DNA from: Welwitschia mirabilis
Taxonomy: Eukaryota
DNA length: 33,322 nucleotides
NCBI GenBank assembly: GCA_051453625.1
Contig: JBOZIK010000001.1
Span: forward strand, 45,280,422-45,313,743
Reading direction: 5' to 3'
The position numbers and the translations under genes were made by a program. How positions within the stretch are numbered: the stretch's first letter is position 1; each line of letters begins with the position of its first letter. Under the pieces are notes generated by a model that made no database searches, was not told the origin of the DNA, and saw only the letters and a program-made list of their open reading frames with translations. This document shows, in pieces, positions 31,736 through 33,322 of this stretch.

Positions 31736-33322
31736 TCCTCCCCCCTCAGGTCTGTTGCTTATTAAAATTGAGTTTTTTGTAACTTATGGTCTTAATGGGC
31801 ATTTTCGCCCCCAGTCTGTCAGTAGTACTATGTTTTTTTTCTATGCTTTTACTCTTCTAGATAAGCAGTTTCCTATGACTATGTCGTCGAGGGGTGATTT
31901 CACCCCCATTTTGTTTAGTTTCTCAGTTCTCCCTTTACTAGCTAGTGGACTACTTCTCTTTTTCTGAACAGTTTAATCATCATGTTATTCCTGGGCGTTT
32001 CGCCCCCTGATGTACATTTTCTAGCTTAATACATATACTTCTTAAAAAAAAAAAGGAAATTTTACTTCATATCCCAAAATGTAATACCATATTTTTTTTA
32101 ATGACATAACTACTACTAATAATTCTTTTTACATAACTGTATAATTCTATTGAGCTGCTTTGAAATTTTTGCTAATATAAGTGTAATGTCCTCCTTTAGG
32201 CGATCTCAATCTCAAGTTTTTACATGACTATGTTTGTATAATGGTCATTTTAAACATGTAAAATAGGAACAAGACATTGTAACGTGGGATGTAGTTTAAA
32301 CATATCAGATCGTAGTTATCATCATTTCTTTTGATTATTAGATTTTAATATGAATAGCTAAAATATGCATGTTTATAAGTCGTATTAATCATAAGCAATA
32401 GTATGTTAGGTTAGATAATTAGGAAGTAAGTTTAGGTGTAATTACTAGATCATGTTATATCTATAACTTGGCCTTATATTTAATGAGAATATAGTCTCGT
32501 TGTTTGCTTGGTTTACAGTATAGAGAAGTTTTGCTAATGAGACTTATTGTTATAAATAAGGCATAATATGTGCTATTTACTCTAGCTATATCAATTTTCT
32601 TCAACGTAACACCTTCATCATATTACTTCATCCATAGTTTACTTGTCTAGATAATATCTATACATACCTGTGTTAACTTAAACATGTATAAAACAATGTT
32701 TAGATTAAATAAGTTTAGTAGTTAGTACTTAATTGTCCTTTTTTAGTTATGAGTGTAAAGTGTTAAGTGTTAGAAAAGTCTTATGATTAATCCATATTAC
32801 TAATATGTACTAGGAGGGAATCAAACGCGCGACCAGTCCCCTCTCTAAGACTACCTTGTAAGTTGCTAATTTCAGTAAGTTTTAAATTCACATAAGGCAA
32901 ACCAATAGGAGTCGGACCCTAGCAATTACTGGGGTTTTTGTTGTGAAATTTTCATCGGCGGTTGAGGCCTCGGCCAGGAAGGCCGCGTCCATAGGCAAGT
33001 GCGGTTCAGAAAAGCGGAGACGTTAGTAGGAATTTCAAGCTAGACTCAGTGCAGAGGGCGGTGGTTTGTTAACAGTGCCAGAGGAACCGCGGGGGAGTGC
33101 AGTGGGTGAGAGAAGGGAAGGAATACTAATGGGATGCAAAGGCACGAAGCATTACCGGAGCGTTGCGGCATTGTGACGGGAGACCGCAGATAGGCAAGCG
33201 GGAGGCAGCGAGCAGCTGCAAGGATGGGTGCAGTCCGAGATGGTGCAAGGTAGGGCATTGGCAGGAAGGAACCACAAGCAAATGTGAAGGAGTAGCAAGG
33301 GAAGTGAGCGTAGACGAAGGAC

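Larger units (their letters stand above)
26270..32054 (+). mobile_element. Near full-length, decayed L1-clade LINE with ORF1, ORF2, an extra ORF3, 3' UTR and poly(A)
   Basis: Ordered domains: DUF4283-type/zinc-knuckle ORF1, APE endonuclease, RT, zf-RVT, a further ORF, then A11 at 32044-32054. The 5' boundary and TSD were not identified. Confidence 0.9.

Noticed and set aside
31701-31967. Hydrophobic 88-aa ORF (possible ORF4 or membrane protein)
   Set aside because: The F/L/S bias is explained by the T-rich 3' UTR, and no motif is present.
33046-33258. 70-aa minus-strand ORF in the GC-rich end
   Set aside because: Low-complexity P/L/A/S composition is expected by chance in GC-rich DNA; no recognisable family.

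Overview
AT-rich eukaryotic DNA, almost certainly a land-plant nuclear genome, from a gapped short-read assembly with six N-runs. It is mostly decayed transposable elements. No intact protein-coding gene is visible. Contents: (i) Ty1/copia and LTR remnants at the left end; (ii) the first 4-5 exons of a plant kinesin-1 (KIN1/PSS1-type) gene on the minus strand (6.8-8.0 kb) that looks pseudogenised; (iii) a ~1.45 kb foldback/Mutator-like element with ~250 bp inverted ends (12.25-13.7 kb); (iv) a 5'-truncated L1 with poly(A) and target-site duplication (15.8-16.8 kb, minus); (v) the 3' half of an Athila-like Ty3/gypsy element with a duplicated accessory-protein segment (17.5-22.5 kb, minus); (vi) a near full-length decayed L1-clade LINE on the plus strand (26.3-32.05 kb). 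The standout is element (vi). Between the ORF2 zinc finger and the poly(A) tail it carries a third, same-sense ~410-codon decayed ORF: a plant-transposon accessory-like domain, then a Pro/Ser/Glu-rich linker, then a C-terminal DnaJ/Hsp40 J-domain. I know of no described plant L1 encoding an Hsp70 co-chaperone domain. All assignments come from manual translation and recalled family motifs; no database searches were run.
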